From Macrostomum lignano (lineage: Eukaryota), in the NCBI GenBank assembly GCA_002269645.1, contig NIVC01000200.1, positions 706,543 through 770,542 of the forward strand: a stretch of 64,000 nt of DNA, written 5' to 3'. The notes under the pieces are model-generated. The model was not told the DNA's origin. It made no database searches and was given only the letters and a program-made list of their open reading frames with translations. The translations under genes and the position numbers were made by a program. Positions 24,160 to 36,700 of the stretch are shown here, in pieces. How positions within the stretch are numbered: the first letter of the stretch is position 1; each line of letters starts with the position of its first letter.

Positions 24160-27027
24160 CATACAGACAGACAGACACACTCACCTAGCTGCTTTCCAAT
24201 CTTATTGAAAACAGTCTGAAACTCGGCAATATGAGCGGCAAAGTTCTGTCTCGTATTCCTGTGCGAATCCTCAGCGTAGCGCTCCAACACAGGGTAGACG
24301 GTGGACTCCAGCTCCTTCTCGCCATACAGTTTAACCAGGTCTAGCAGGGAGCGAACGCTGGCGGCTCGAATGTCGCGATGATTGTCGTTAGACAGGGTGA
24401 CCAAGCTGGCGAGGATTTCGGCCCGGTCTTTGCTAGCCGACTGTGCCAGAAGCCCCAGCTGGGTGACAGCGGCCTCGCGCACTAACAGAATCTCTTCCTC
24501 TTGATTGGCTGCATTAATTAGGCGAGATTTTAATTCGCTGCGAATATCGTTTGAGCTGATCTTGGCGTAACAAGGAACGATTAGGCGGCAACCAGCGCGG
24601 CGGGACGAACAGTAGAGATCGTCTGAAGGTCGCGACGGGTTCGGCTTTGTATTAAGGAATTCTAACACGAGGGTAAGTAACCAGAGATAAGAGGCTGGGA
24701 GCGGAAGAGTAGATAGCGGTAGGGTAGATAGTAGAGTAGATAGTGGTACGGTAGATGGTAAGTATATAGCGGTAGGGTAGATAGTAGAGTAGATAGTGGT
24801 AGGGTAGATGGTAAGTAGAGTAGATAGCGTTAGGGTAGATAGTAGAGTAGATATCGGTAGGGTAGAAGGTAGAGTAGATAGCGGTAGGTTATATAGTAGA
24901 GAAGATAGCTAGGATAGAGTAGATAGTGTAGTAGAGTAGGTAGCGTAAATAGTAGAGTAGACAGCGGTAGGGTAGATAGTAGAGTAGACAGCGGTAGGGT
25001 AGATAGTAGAGTAGACAGCGGTAGGGTAGATAATAGAGTACATAGCGGTAGGGTAGATAGTAGAGTAGATAGCGGTAGGGTCGATAACGGTAGGGTAGAT
25101 AGATAGTAGAGTAAATAGCGGTAGGGCCGATAGTAGATAGCTGTAAGGAAGATAGTGAGTAGAGAAGATAGCGGTAGGTAGGATAGTAAGTAGAGTAGAT
25201 ATCGGTAAGGAAGATAGTCAGTAGAGCAGATAACGGTAAAGTAGATAGTAAGTGGACTCGATAGCCGTAGGGTAGATAGTTAAGTAGATAACAGTAAATT
25301 AGATAGAAAGCGGAGTAGATAACGGCAGAGTAGATAGTAGATTAGATAGCCGTAGGGAAGATATTAAGTAGTGAAGAAAATGGTAGACAACATTAGTCGG
25401 TAGGGTTGAAAGCAGTAGATAATGACACAGCAACCCACTGCTTTCATATACCCAGTTTAAATCTTTGAAAAATACAAACTATATTACTCATTGAAAGCGA
25501 AATAAGTAGACTAAAACGGTTTTTTACCATCGAAAACGGTTTTAATCAGCGGCACACAGTTGGTTTCAATCAGCGTCGAGGACAATTCGGCAACTACTTT
25601 GATCAGCGCGTCAGCGGCCGCTTCGCCAACAACAACCTCTTCAACCGAGGACAGAACGCGACCCAATGGCGGCACTAGATTAACAATATTATTGGCCGAG
25701 CCCATCAGATGAGGAAACGTGCCCAGCTGACGGCACACTTCTAATAGTAGCTCGTCCTCACCATTGTTGATTGCCGCGGTTATTAATTCTACAATTTTTT
25801 GTTGAATAAAGTAACTAATATAGCTTAGCTACCATAGCAACCAGAATTGAATATATTGACAAAAAATTAAGTCTTACCATCAATTTTAGGTATTAGTACG
25901 TCCTTCACCTTAGAAGGGCCTAGGTTGCTAGCAACGACTGGTAGTGTTCGTACAACCCGAAGCTTCTCCTAGTAGATGCAAGATAGGCAGATTTGCTTTC
26001 GGTAGAGTCATTGGACAAATGAGTAATCTAATGGACTTCTTGTCTACCTGAGTGATTCTCACTGACTTCTTGTCTACCTGAGCGATTCTCACTGACTTCT
26101 TGTCTACCTGAGTGATTCTCACTGACTTCTTGTCTACCTGAGCGATTCTCACTGACTTCTTGTCTACCTGAGCGATTCTCATTGACTTCTTGTCTACCTG
26201 AGCGATTCTCACTGACTTCTTGTCTACCTGAGCGATTCTCACTTCTTGTCTACCTGACTGATTCTCATTGACTTCTTGTCTACCTGAGCGATTCTCACTG
26301 ACTTCTTGTCTACCTGAGCGATTCTCACTGACTTCTTGTCTACCTGAGCGATTCTCACTGACTTCTTGTCTACCTGAGCGATTCTCACTGACTTCTTGTC
26401 TACCTGAGCGATTCTCACTGACTTCTTGTCTACCTGAGTGATTCTCACTGACTTCTTGTCTACCTGAGCGATTCTCACTGACTTCTTGTCTACCTGAGCG
26501 ATTCTCACTGACTTCTTGTCTACCTGAGCGATTCTCACTGACTTCTTGTCTACCTGAGTGATTCTCACTGACTTCTTGTCTACCTGAACGATTCTCACTG
26601 ACTTCTTGTCTACCTGAGTGATTCTCTGGTACCTTGTTCTCCCTGACTTTTTGTCTACGTGAGCGATTCTCACTGACTTCTTGTCTACCTGAGTGATTCT
26701 CACTGACTTCTTGTCTACCTGAGCGATTCTCACTGACTTCTTGTCTACCTGAGCGATTCTCACAGAACTATTGAGTCTTGACTAAAAAACTAATTGAGAT
26801 ATTTTGCCAATGCCCGCATGTGTCTTTAAAATGTCGAACAATACTTTAAGATAAATAGTTCAATCTAATAAATATTTTAATGAGGAACAACTTACAGCAG
26901 TCTCCACTTCATACAGTCTCAAATATGGCGGTATTTTTTCGTAATTCTTAGAAATCTCTTCTTCAGAAAAGCTGAGCCCAGTGATGGCTTGCATCAATGA
27001 TTCAATACTCTCTGCATCAACTGACAT
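16453..27027 (-). CDS. Divergent PP2A scaffold (A/PR65, PPP2R1A-like) HEAT-repeat protein, 10 exons, 729 aa
   Basis: Exons 27027-26896, 25968-25878, 25788-25528, 24622-24185, 23716-23397, 22243-22121, 19623-19408, 18302-18163, 17674-17583, 16829-16453. All introns are GT-AG with matching phases; total 2190 nt. PR65-like motifs in order: [68 protein letters not shown] (minus strand) at 16450-16445, right after the stop. Confidence 0.9.
16851..17228. repeat. (GATT/GACT)n microsatellite in intron 9 of the PP2A-A-like gene
   Basis: Directly visible. Confidence 0.93.
17800..18070. repeat. ~18-22-bp degenerate minisatellite (CCTACCTACCGACTCTACCTTG) in intron 8
   Basis: Directly visible. Confidence 0.88.
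18421..19200. repeat. ~21-bp minisatellite GGGATTTCTGGTTTG(GGGATT/AGCTTT) in intron 7
   Basis: Directly visible; variant middle hexamers. Confidence 0.92.
19757..21955. repeat. 29-bp minisatellite (GCAGTGACCCCACCTAAGACACTGAAGGG)n, ~75 copies, in intron 6
   Basis: Period 19757 to 19786. Confidence 0.97.
22338..23313. repeat. 23-bp minisatellite (CAATTTGACCGATTCTTAATCCC)n, ~42 copies, in intron 5
   Basis: Period 22341 to 22364. Confidence 0.97.
23847..24180. repeat. (GACA)n microsatellite in intron 4
   Basis: Directly visible. Confidence 0.95.
24700..25360. repeat. Degenerate ~27-bp purine-rich repeat (GTAGAGTAGATAGCGGTAGGGTAGATA) in intron 3
   Basis: Directly visible; decays toward 25360. 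Confidence 0.85.
25828..25841 (+). promoter_or_regulatory. Candidate RFX X-box GCTACCATAGCAAC in the 89-bp intron 2 of the PP2A-A-like gene
   Basis: Fits the degenerate consensus RYYNYYWWRRNRAC at all positions. The motif is degenerate enough to occur by chance. Confidence 0.35.
26033..26763. repeat. 30-bp minisatellite (TGACTTCTTGTCTACCTGAGCGATTCTCAC)n, ~24 copies, in intron 1
   Basis: Directly visible. Confidence 0.96.
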
Positions 27028-30000
27028 GATTATTTGACAATTGGTGCTTTGGTCACAGATTTAAGCCAGAGATTATTGGCAGATTTTTTAATGCAATAGT
27101 AGACTTTCAGCATGCAAATAAATCAAAATAGTTATATGACAAAACAATATGGCAACAACTATAGCAACTATAAAAATGCCTCTAAAATAATTGCATTTAT
27201 GTTCATGACAAGGAAATATGGTTATTTAGAAAGCTATATAGTTAAACAAATATAGTTAGTTGGTTCCTAAAATTGAGCAGCAAAAGCCTCCTGAATTGTT
27301 TGAAGATCAGCCTTCTTAAATAATAGCAAATATTAGGCTGCTTCTTTATTAGCTTTATTCATCTTAACTTTAGCCCCTGATATCCCAAGACCCAATCACA
27401 ATGTGCCTTTAGTCTTTAACCCAAGGGACTTAATAGCTACTCACACATTGAAAGTAAAAACATTTACCTAAATGTTAGTCCCTATTATTCTAACTAGGCA
27501 AACATTATTGAGTCTTCAACCTTAGAGTCTTGAAAACTCACATTACAAAAGCTTTAAAATTAGTAACATTCATTTATTTCTAACTATTTTTACTACTTTA
27601 CTCCTACCTATCAAATCAATGGCTCTAATAGTCTTTTAAACCTTAACTCATTTTTTTAGATACTGAATGGTCTAGATACTAAAACTAGATATAGGAAATG
27701 TATGTATTCCCATTTCAATATCTTCAATACATGCATAGCCCCTTGATTTATACTGGATATATGAATTACTTTTTGACCAAAAATGGGACCCACACTCTAG
27801 ATCATATTGTATATGCACAAAAACTTGGGCATGCACTGGCCTTGCATGCCAAAAGTAGATGTGCACAGCTGGCATGCATCACTCCTAGGAAAATAGTATG
27901 CGTGCACACCTGGTATGCACTTTACAAAATCACAATGAAGAGTTATTGTGAAGTAGAAAAAAGATAAAAAAAGTTCACTTTTAAGCATAAATTTCAAGCT
28001 TTCTAGGTTTTGAAGCTTGTAATAAAGCATTTAAACAAATCTTTGCATGTATCAATTTTTCACTATAAATAGTATTGCTGAAAAAGCAAAAATTAACCAA
28101 ATTATTTGCCAAAAAGGTCCATTATGCACTCCATTTTTTGGTGTACATTTTTAATTATTCAATTTTTGTTTGGGCGTGCACCTAGCATGATCTGGACTAT
28201 GGAATGGGATTTACATATGAAAAAACCCAAGCAAAAGTTAGTATAATTTTGTGTAAACAGCAGAAGTAACTAATTGTTAATGTCTACATTTTTAGGTAAT
28301 GATTTTGCAACTTAGGCTTACCTTGGCTAGACCTCTGGCTAACCAGCTAGATCAACTGGCTCAATAGGATATTGTATATGCATATATGTATAACCTTGTT
28401 TGTTTTTTTATGCTATGTTTTAAAAAAAACCTTTATATTGATCATTTCCTATAGCTATATTTATAGAGAAGTTATTAGATTATTATAAAAAATAATATAA
28501 GATATATGGAATAAGCCTGAAGAGAAAAAAACAATTAAAATTAAAATATAAAAATATAGGCCAAACATATTAAATTTATTAGGAGGAACAATTAGACTTT
28601 CCAAACAAAAAGTATATGTATCAATCTTCCATTCAATTTTCCACGTGTGTCACGGAAGGTGTCACGTGTGCGCCGGAAATATATTTTGAAGTGTATTTTT
28701 GGAGTGTGCAATGTGCGCAAAGCTAAAATATGAATTTTTGTGCCAAAGTCTACATTCATTTATTGACAAATACATAGCTAGAGTACTAATGCGCCGTAGC
28801 ACTAAAAACTTGGTAAAAGTCCAAATAAAAAAACTCTAAAAAAATGGATAAATTTTCATACATTATATAGGCTTTTTTTCAACTCAAAACTTTTGCTTTA
28901 TTTTAGCTTATGTAGAGAATTTTCAAAAGAAATAGCTCTAACTTTACGTTAAAATCCAATTTTGAATTTTATTATTCATTTTATTTACCAAGAAACAATT
29001 TTTTTATATTGTAGTAGGTGCGGGCACGGCCTCCCACTGCGTGTAATCCACTGGCTGGATGACTCAATGAATTGTCATTCCCGGCATGTAAATCTGTGAC
29101 ACTCAATGTAACTTTCCTTCCCACCCCCTGGCAAAGTTTTGTTTTTCTGTGCTTTTCCCTGGGGTCCACCTGGTGCTATTTTCGTCACCACCTGGTGTAC
29201 CCCGATATTTTCCTTTGCGTGTAACTCTCTTCCCACCCGGGGTAACCCGCTTCCTCCTGGTGGTTCCTAAGAGCCTAATTTAAGAGTCTGCGCCCTGTCT
29301 TTCCTAGCCAGACTCTTGTGGCATTTGCCTGAACTCCTGAGGATTCCAGTAGACCCTACTCAGACCATTACGAGAGGCCCCATATTTTGTAAGCCCAACC
29401 TCTAGACCCGACCAGCTCCTCGCCTTTTCAATTTAACAGTTTGACAGCAATATCTAAGTTTTAATCATTGCTTATAGTGCATGCAACCTAAGTTTTAATA
29501 ATAATCTAGTTATCTAGCTTTGGCTAATATTTATTCTCGGCCTGACTTTATTGTGTGTGAAACGGTGTCTTAGCTTTCGTGACCTTGAAAGCACTCTATT
29601 TAGACCTTAGAGGTCTACTGAGAAAGGCTAGAGCGAACTCAAGCCAGTTTCAAGCTTTAGAGCTTTCCCGCGTACAATTGCAGTGGTGGCAGCGACCTAC
29701 TACTTTTAGTAATCACTCTTGATGAATTAGCTTATTTTGAAGTGCCTCCTATTCGGCTACAAATCTCTGCATTTGGCATTCTGAACGTCGGCAAAACTAG
29801 ACCACTCAGCCACGACCACAGCTACCCTCCCGCTGAGCCTGAGGAACTCAGCAGCGGAGCTCCCCACCATCTGCAAGCCGAAATCTTTGTTAAGTTTTGT
29901 TGGAAACGACAAAGCGCACCAATTCGAATGGCTGGAACGACTGAATTAAAACCCCCACGGCTTCCAAGTTTCTTTTCAACCCCCCCCCACCTCAATATGC

Positions 30001-31129
30001 TTGAAAAAAATGTAATCTTAAAGCATAATTTACGAACTGCATATGCAGATAATACATTTAGGTGACTTAATGTGAGCTAAATTTTTCTAATCAGGTTTTG
30101 CTGTGCGCCACTGTGCGCTAAAAACTTCTGCTAAGCCTTTGTTATGCACTGTGTGCACCACTTTGTGCATATTTTTTGTTGATGTGCACTGGAATTTTCT
30201 GCCATAATGTACACCTTCCTGAGTGTGGGGTTTTTTAAATGTTAGGGCACATAAGTTATAAAACCAAGGTATATAACAATGCTTTGACCTTGACTAGGCT
30301 TACTGTAAGTCATTTAAGGCTAGGCCTATTGAGTATGAGTTATTGACCTTAGTACCAATAAAGTTTTATACAAAAAGGTCCTAGCTAAAATACCCCATAA
30401 CATTATAATAAATAAATAAAAAATATTTTTAAAACTAATTTAGTGTGGTAAATGGGGGTCTACCATTGACTTTTAGTTTTGTTTACTCCTTGGTCATGAT
30501 CCTTTGCTTCTTCTCAGGTTTGGGCCCCCTATGCTCACCTTAAGGTGCTGCCCTAATGTCACCCTTGTCTTTCTCCCAATTCCTGGGTTGGCCCTTTGTT
30601 TTCCCTGTTCTGGCCCTTCGTTTCCCTGTTTTGGCCCATTGTTTGTTTTTTAGTTTTGGCCTTTGTGCCCCTGTTTCTGATCAATTTTTATTTGCCTATT
30701 CTCTCCCTCTGTTTTTGTGTTTTGCCAATTGTTGATCGATGCTGTCCTTTTTCATGTCCATGCTCAGCCAATTAATGTTTATTACATACCACTGTCTGGC
30801 CTCAGCACTAATATTTATAATCCCACAAGCTGTTAAAACCCGCGGATTTTGAACCCGTGGAACTCCAATACCCGGAACTACTTTTGCATGTATTCTGAAA
30901 TCTAAGGCCATACACAAACAAAAACTTGTTAATAGTTAGTAGGATAGAGGTAGACATAAAATGGAGCACATTCGTGTAAAATTAGGGTTTGAGTTTGAGG
31001 CAAACATTGATATTGTTGGCTGGGGTACTGCAAAGAATGTCAGGCAATGTCTGTCTGACTCTAAAACATTTATTGGCAAACTCTAGCCTCTCCCTGACTC
31101 TCCCTATGTCCCTTGGATCCTTTAAAATT

Positions 31130-31636
31130 TCTATTGTCTCTTCTGTTTCCTTTTTTCTCTCTCGTCCCGATCGTCTCTCCTCTCTCCTCTTTCTTCTCTC
31201 CTCTCTTCTCTCGTATCTTCCCTCATCTCTCTTCTCTTTTATCTCTCTTATCTCATCTCTTGTCTCTTCTTTTCTCTCTCCTCTCCTCTTTCCTCTCTAC
31301 TTTTCGTTTTCTCTCTCCTCTCCTCTCTCCTCTCTACTCTTTCGTTTTCTCTCTCCCCCTCTTCTCTTGTCTCTTCCTTCTCCTATCTATTCTTTTCTCT
31401 CTTCTCTTAACTCTCTCCTCTTTCCTCTCTCTCCTCTCTCCCCTCTTTTCTTGTCTCTTCTCTCACCTCTTTCCTCTCTCTTTCCTCTCATCTCTTTTCT
31501 TGTTTTATCTCTTCTCTCTCCCCTCGTCGCTCGTCTCTTCCCTCACCTCTCTTCTCTCTTGTCTGCTCTTTCATCTCTCCTTTCTCTTCTTTATCTTTTC
31601 TCTCTTATCTCTTCTCGTTTCTCTCTGCTCTGCTCT

Positions 31637-31692
<56 letters not shown>

Positions 31693-32470
31693 CCTCTCTA
31701 CTCTCTCCCCTCTTCATTCTCCTATTTCCTCTTCTCTCTCCCTGTCTCTCCTCTCTCCTCTAGTCTCTGTAATCTCTTCTCTCTTATCTCTCCTCTGTTC
31801 TCTCTATTCTCCCATCTCTCGTCTGTTCACCCTCATCTCTGCTCTCTCATCTGTCATCTTTACTTTCTTATACGTTCTCTCACTTATCTCCTCTGTACTC
31901 TTCTCTTTCACCTCTTCTGACTCCTCTCTTTCCTTACTCCTTTCTTCTTTTCTCTTCCCTCTTCTATACTCTCTCTCTCCTCTATTATCTTCTCTCGTCT
32001 CTCTGCACTGTCCTCTCACCTTTTTCATCTCTCATCTCTCCTTTAATCTGTCTCATCTCTACAATCTCATCTCTCCTTTCTTCCCTCTTCTTACACCCCT
32101 CTCTTATCTCTATCTCTTCTCTTCTCACTCCTCTCTCCCCCTCTTATCTCCTCTCTTCTCTATCCTTTCTACTCTCTCCTCTCCTCTTGACCCTCTGTCA
32201 TCTTCTTTTTGCTCTCTCATCTCTACTTTCTTCTCACTCTTCTCTACTCTCCTCTCATCGATCCTCTGTCTCATCTCTCCCCTGCTCTTTACCTTTACCT
32301 TTACTCCTTTACTCTTTCCTCTCCCTCCTTTCTCCCCTCCTCTCGCTTCTTCCTCCCTTCTCTGCTCTCTCCTCACCACTTGTCTCTCCTCTTATCTTCC
32401 ATGTTTTCTCATATCCCCCTCTTGCCTCTCCTCTCTTCTAATAGTCTATTCCTTCTCCTTTCCACTCTCA
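31130..32470. repeat. 1.3-kb CT-rich low-complexity tract with a pure (CT)n core near 31640-31690
   Basis: Directly visible. Confidence 0.93.
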
Positions 32471-33084
32471 TCTGGCTTGTGGCCCGCACATAAGCTGGAT
32501 TCGTTATCTGGCTTTTGAAGTAAAAGTCTGCCGATCCCTGCTTTGAAAGCCAGTTTGTGGGACGTACTACTCTCATCGTTGTTCTCATGCTTTGATCACG
32601 TCATCTTTCTTGCCAATTTGCAGCCCTGAAAGGAATTTATGTATCTTCAGCTCCACTGCAGTCTGCATCAGTCTAACAATAACAATAACAACCAAGGAAA
32701 TACGCATTTCTTAGGAGGCCATTTAAAATTTACACACTACCTTTAAAAAAACCTAAAATTTCCATGGTGTGCCTAATTTAGTAGGGTTGTATTTCATTGC
32801 ATCGCATCGCATTTTCATAAATCTTTCGCTTTTACAAACCATGCTGGTTAGTGGATTCCCTCGATTTGCCAATTGCCATCCACTGTTAAACTGCTACAGA
32901 GTTTGCCAATACAGAGAGGAGGGCAGTGGTTAGAATTTCTCACTAAACTGTTATGGCTAAACATAGCCTCTCCACTCTCGGGGTGCAAGAAGGCTATAAA
33001 AAAGTTATTCCAAAACACTGTACATTTGTTATGTACATTCAGTCCTATCGCCTGACCTTTCGTCTGGCTCTGGGGGAATGAGTG

Positions 33085-33712
33085 AGTGAGTGGCACAAAC
33101 AACAGAAAAAGCAGACAAACTTCACACGCTTACAGTTTCTTTTTCGGTTGAGTTACAGAGTTGAAACTTTACATTTAGACAGTGAATGAGTCAATAAAGA
33201 ATTGTGTCAAGTTTGAAGTCAATCGCTTTACGTGGAGCAAACTTATGGTAGCTGAAAGTTAGTCAATTTTGAAACCCTTTTACACATCTGGGCCCAGATT
33301 GGTATCGGGAAAGAGAGGCAGGCGGGCGGAGGTTGGGGTGGTTGCTACGCTGAAAAAAACAGCCTAACTTTAAAAGTGCACAGCGCCGTTTAGGATTAAC
33401 TTTGAGACTCGAAATTTTACATGATTGTGTCAAAATAGTTGAAGATTGATTGTGTCAAATTTGAAGAAGATCGGTAGAAGTGGAGCGGCGCTATGGAGGA
33501 TTAAGTGAAAAAATCGCGCATTTTGAGCAGTTTTTTGTACTTTTAGGTAGGAAGACTTGAGTCTAGGAAATTTAAAGGTAGCCTAAGACATTCTCCGTAG
33601 TAAGTTTAGGGTGGGTGTAAAGTTTGGTGTCATTTGGTTGAGCGGTTTGGGAGTCCATAGCGAAGTAATTTGTCCACAGACAGATAGAGTTTTGATTTTT
33701 ATAGGTTGAGAT
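33085..33712 (+). mobile_element. Possible non-autonomous Helitron/HINE-like element
   Basis: (GAGT)3 near the start, three related internal motifs (AAGTTTGAAGTCAATCG / AAATTTGAAGAAGATCGG / AAGTTTGGTGTCATTTGG), and an end CACAGACAGA...GATTTTTATAGGTTGAGATT. The layout resembles invertebrate non-autonomous rolling-circle elements; recognised by resemblance only. Confidence 0.3.
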
Positions 33713-36700
33713 TACAAGTGCTAACACTTTATACTTTTCTTCTCATTTCTTTTCTCTTCCCTTTTTTGTTTTCTCAAATCATTTGGCATACCCTATTTAT
33801 TTTGCTAATACTCTGCATTGCTAATGTTCTATTGAATAATACCCATTAATAATTTGCTCACGACTTGTACTCTACCTTAGCTTTTTTCGACTTTAATTTT
33901 GAGCCTTGCCCTGCAGCTCCCCTGGTATCATTTGTTGTCAAGTCAATCTAAATGTTCAATAACTAACTATCCTACTAATTATAATAAATGAACATTAATT
34001 TCCTTTAGTTTCTCTTGCTTAATACCTAATTAAAATTAATTAATTAAAAGCCATAGCCTATCCTAAGTCATTTGCCCATGAGGCATAAAATAACCAAGTT
34101 CTCAACTCAAAAAAGCCCTGAGACTTCAATGTTCTATAATACATAAATTATGGTAAGAGGCAGCGCTACTCTATTCATAGATAGTAATAAGTCAAACATA
34201 TAAGATACATCTGTTTCAGTGTCTAAGGACCTGTTCTGAATGCTTGCGCCAAATGAAGACTGCTCGCCTGTGATCAAAACTACTTTCCCCCCAGAATTGC
34301 GGACCCCAGCAACCAGAGTAATAGGAGAATTTTCGTTAGAGTTAGTCTACACAATTTTCTAGATTTAATTTGTGTAAGCTCAATATTGGCAGCAATTCAA
34401 AAGTCAGAACCACCCCAATTGGTGTCAAACCAACCAAGCCACCTCTCTAATTTTAATTTCTCCACCCTCACTTCACTAGCATAGAAAATACTATTACTAG
34501 GGCCTAACCTAATAAAAATTTTTTATAATACTTAGCATTGCAAATAAAATATAAAACTATGATGGTCTATGGCATCCATTATTAACATTTTACTTTAAAT
34601 GAAATAGTTTATACAGCCTTTAATGCCTATTATGGCTATGAATTTAATTAACTAATTAATTAATTATATTATATTAACTATATATTAATATATTTATAGG
34701 CACAATTATGAAATCTAAGGTTTCAACAAATATTGCTTCCAATGATCAAAATTCAATTAAAACATAATAATCCATATTGCTCATAGGTCATAGTGATTAG
34801 TCATAGCCTTTTCCCATGCTTTTTCTTATTTTAAGGCCAATTAATTTTATTTTCAATGGCCTACGTATAAATCCCTAATAATAGGCCTAATAAGTATCAC
34901 TGTATCAGTAGGCCTATGCTAGGAAAGACGTTATTTTTTGTTTCAGATATTTTTCTATTGTGAATTGACTTTTATTCTACAGAATTGGCTATTATAAAAG
35001 GCTTGGCTCAGTAACTTTTCTCGTAAATTAATTTTAAGCTTCTGAACAAATGTAAACATGTGTGATGCGTATGTGTCTTATTAAAAGTACAAGACTAGAA
35101 GGTAGAACTAGAAGCGATTGTCAACTTCTAAATAAACAACAGAACAGAAGAATACCGATTATTTATTGCTATTATTCATTAGCAATAGCATACGAGCATC
35201 TTAAAGCGTCACGGACTCGAGCAAGTTGCAAGCTGTTTAGGCCTATTATCAAATCACAAATTTAAGGGTGCACAGCTTGCAAATAAGAATTCTGCTGGTT
35301 TAAACTTTACAAATTTGTCAGATGACAACTGCCTGCTTAGTTAAATTATAACCATTCTGAAATATAAAGTAATAACTTTTTTACCGATTAATTGTAAGCA
35401 ATGCTTTATTTTTTTCAGAAAAAATAGTTTTTTACCATTTTTGTTATGCTTTTTTGAGTTTACGAAATGAATGGTGCTCGTTCGTTGGTTGTCTTGAGCT
35501 GAATCTGTAGTTAGTCAATTACGAGTAATAAAAAATTTAAGTGAAAAGAAAATTTATATATACGATGTACGATGGAGAGGCCTTTAAGTTTCCAGTCAAG
35601 TACCAAAACCCTTACTTTGCTACCGTGTTTCGTCTTTTGCACGAAAACTTTTTGTCGCGCGAACTTGACTAAGGAATTTTCAAAGAAATCATTACCAGTT
35701 TTCTTAAATTTTGTGACACTTGACAGTGACACTTTTTTACCTTTTTATTGCTGTCGTCTGTTGTTGCCGCATGAAAGATTTTTGCTAACGTTTCAACAGG
35801 TTTTTCAATATGTGAATATATGTATGCAATAATAAAATGTATTGATTCTTATAAAATGTTTACTAGATCAATGTGGGCATGTGGCTAGACATAGTAGCAT
35901 GCACAGGCACAGCTAATGTTTAGGCAATGAAATCCAACATGTGTGCCTAAATGTTTGTTCGAACTGACTTAATTGAACCTACACTATGGAACACTATCAA
36001 AAAAATTTAATTGGGATATAGCTTATCTGTGTATTGTTTTTTGATAATTTTATTACATGTCAACTTTGTCTTTTAAGGTTTTTTAAAACTCAAAATGATT
36101 TTTTAAGCCAATATTTATCTAATCATAAAACTAGGCCTAGCAATTCGACAGTTCCAGTTTCTAGTCTAGGAGAAAATATAATCATTTTTCCTCTTATTTG
36201 GATTTTTACAATTTTTTATTTACAACTTATAAGCCAGTTAAGTTATAAGTTATGCCCTTGAAAATATATCCGTTCTTCTTCTTCAATTTTGTCTTAACAT
36301 TGTATCAGCATCCCACATTTGACAAAAACAAATCTCAGCATTTTTACGATTGTTAATAGCTTTTTAGAGGACATTTAGGTTTTGGTTTTATTAGATTGCT
36401 TTTATCTTATCTTATCCTATCTTATATTATCTTATCCTATTATCTATTATCTATCTTATTATTACTATTACTACTATACTAACATAATTACTATTATGTT
36501 AGTATGTAGATAATGTCTTTATATGCAATTACCAAATGTATTAAAATTATAATTTAGCTGCTGTATTTTATATATATTACTATTCTAACATTAATATTCT
36601 TTCATCCTTTATTTAAAAATTTTTACTCTGAAAATAACAATGGACTATGTCATTTGAATAAGAAGTAAATAGCTTTAAATTAATTAATTAACTAATCACT

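Noticed and set aside
25928-26763. ([10 protein letters not shown])n ORFs
   Set aside because: They come from the 30-bp intron-1 array; the true exon 2 (25968-25878) is read in another frame.
30989-32518. 509-aa Leu/Ser-rich ORF
   Set aside because: Artefact of the CT-rich tract; TTG start and no domain.
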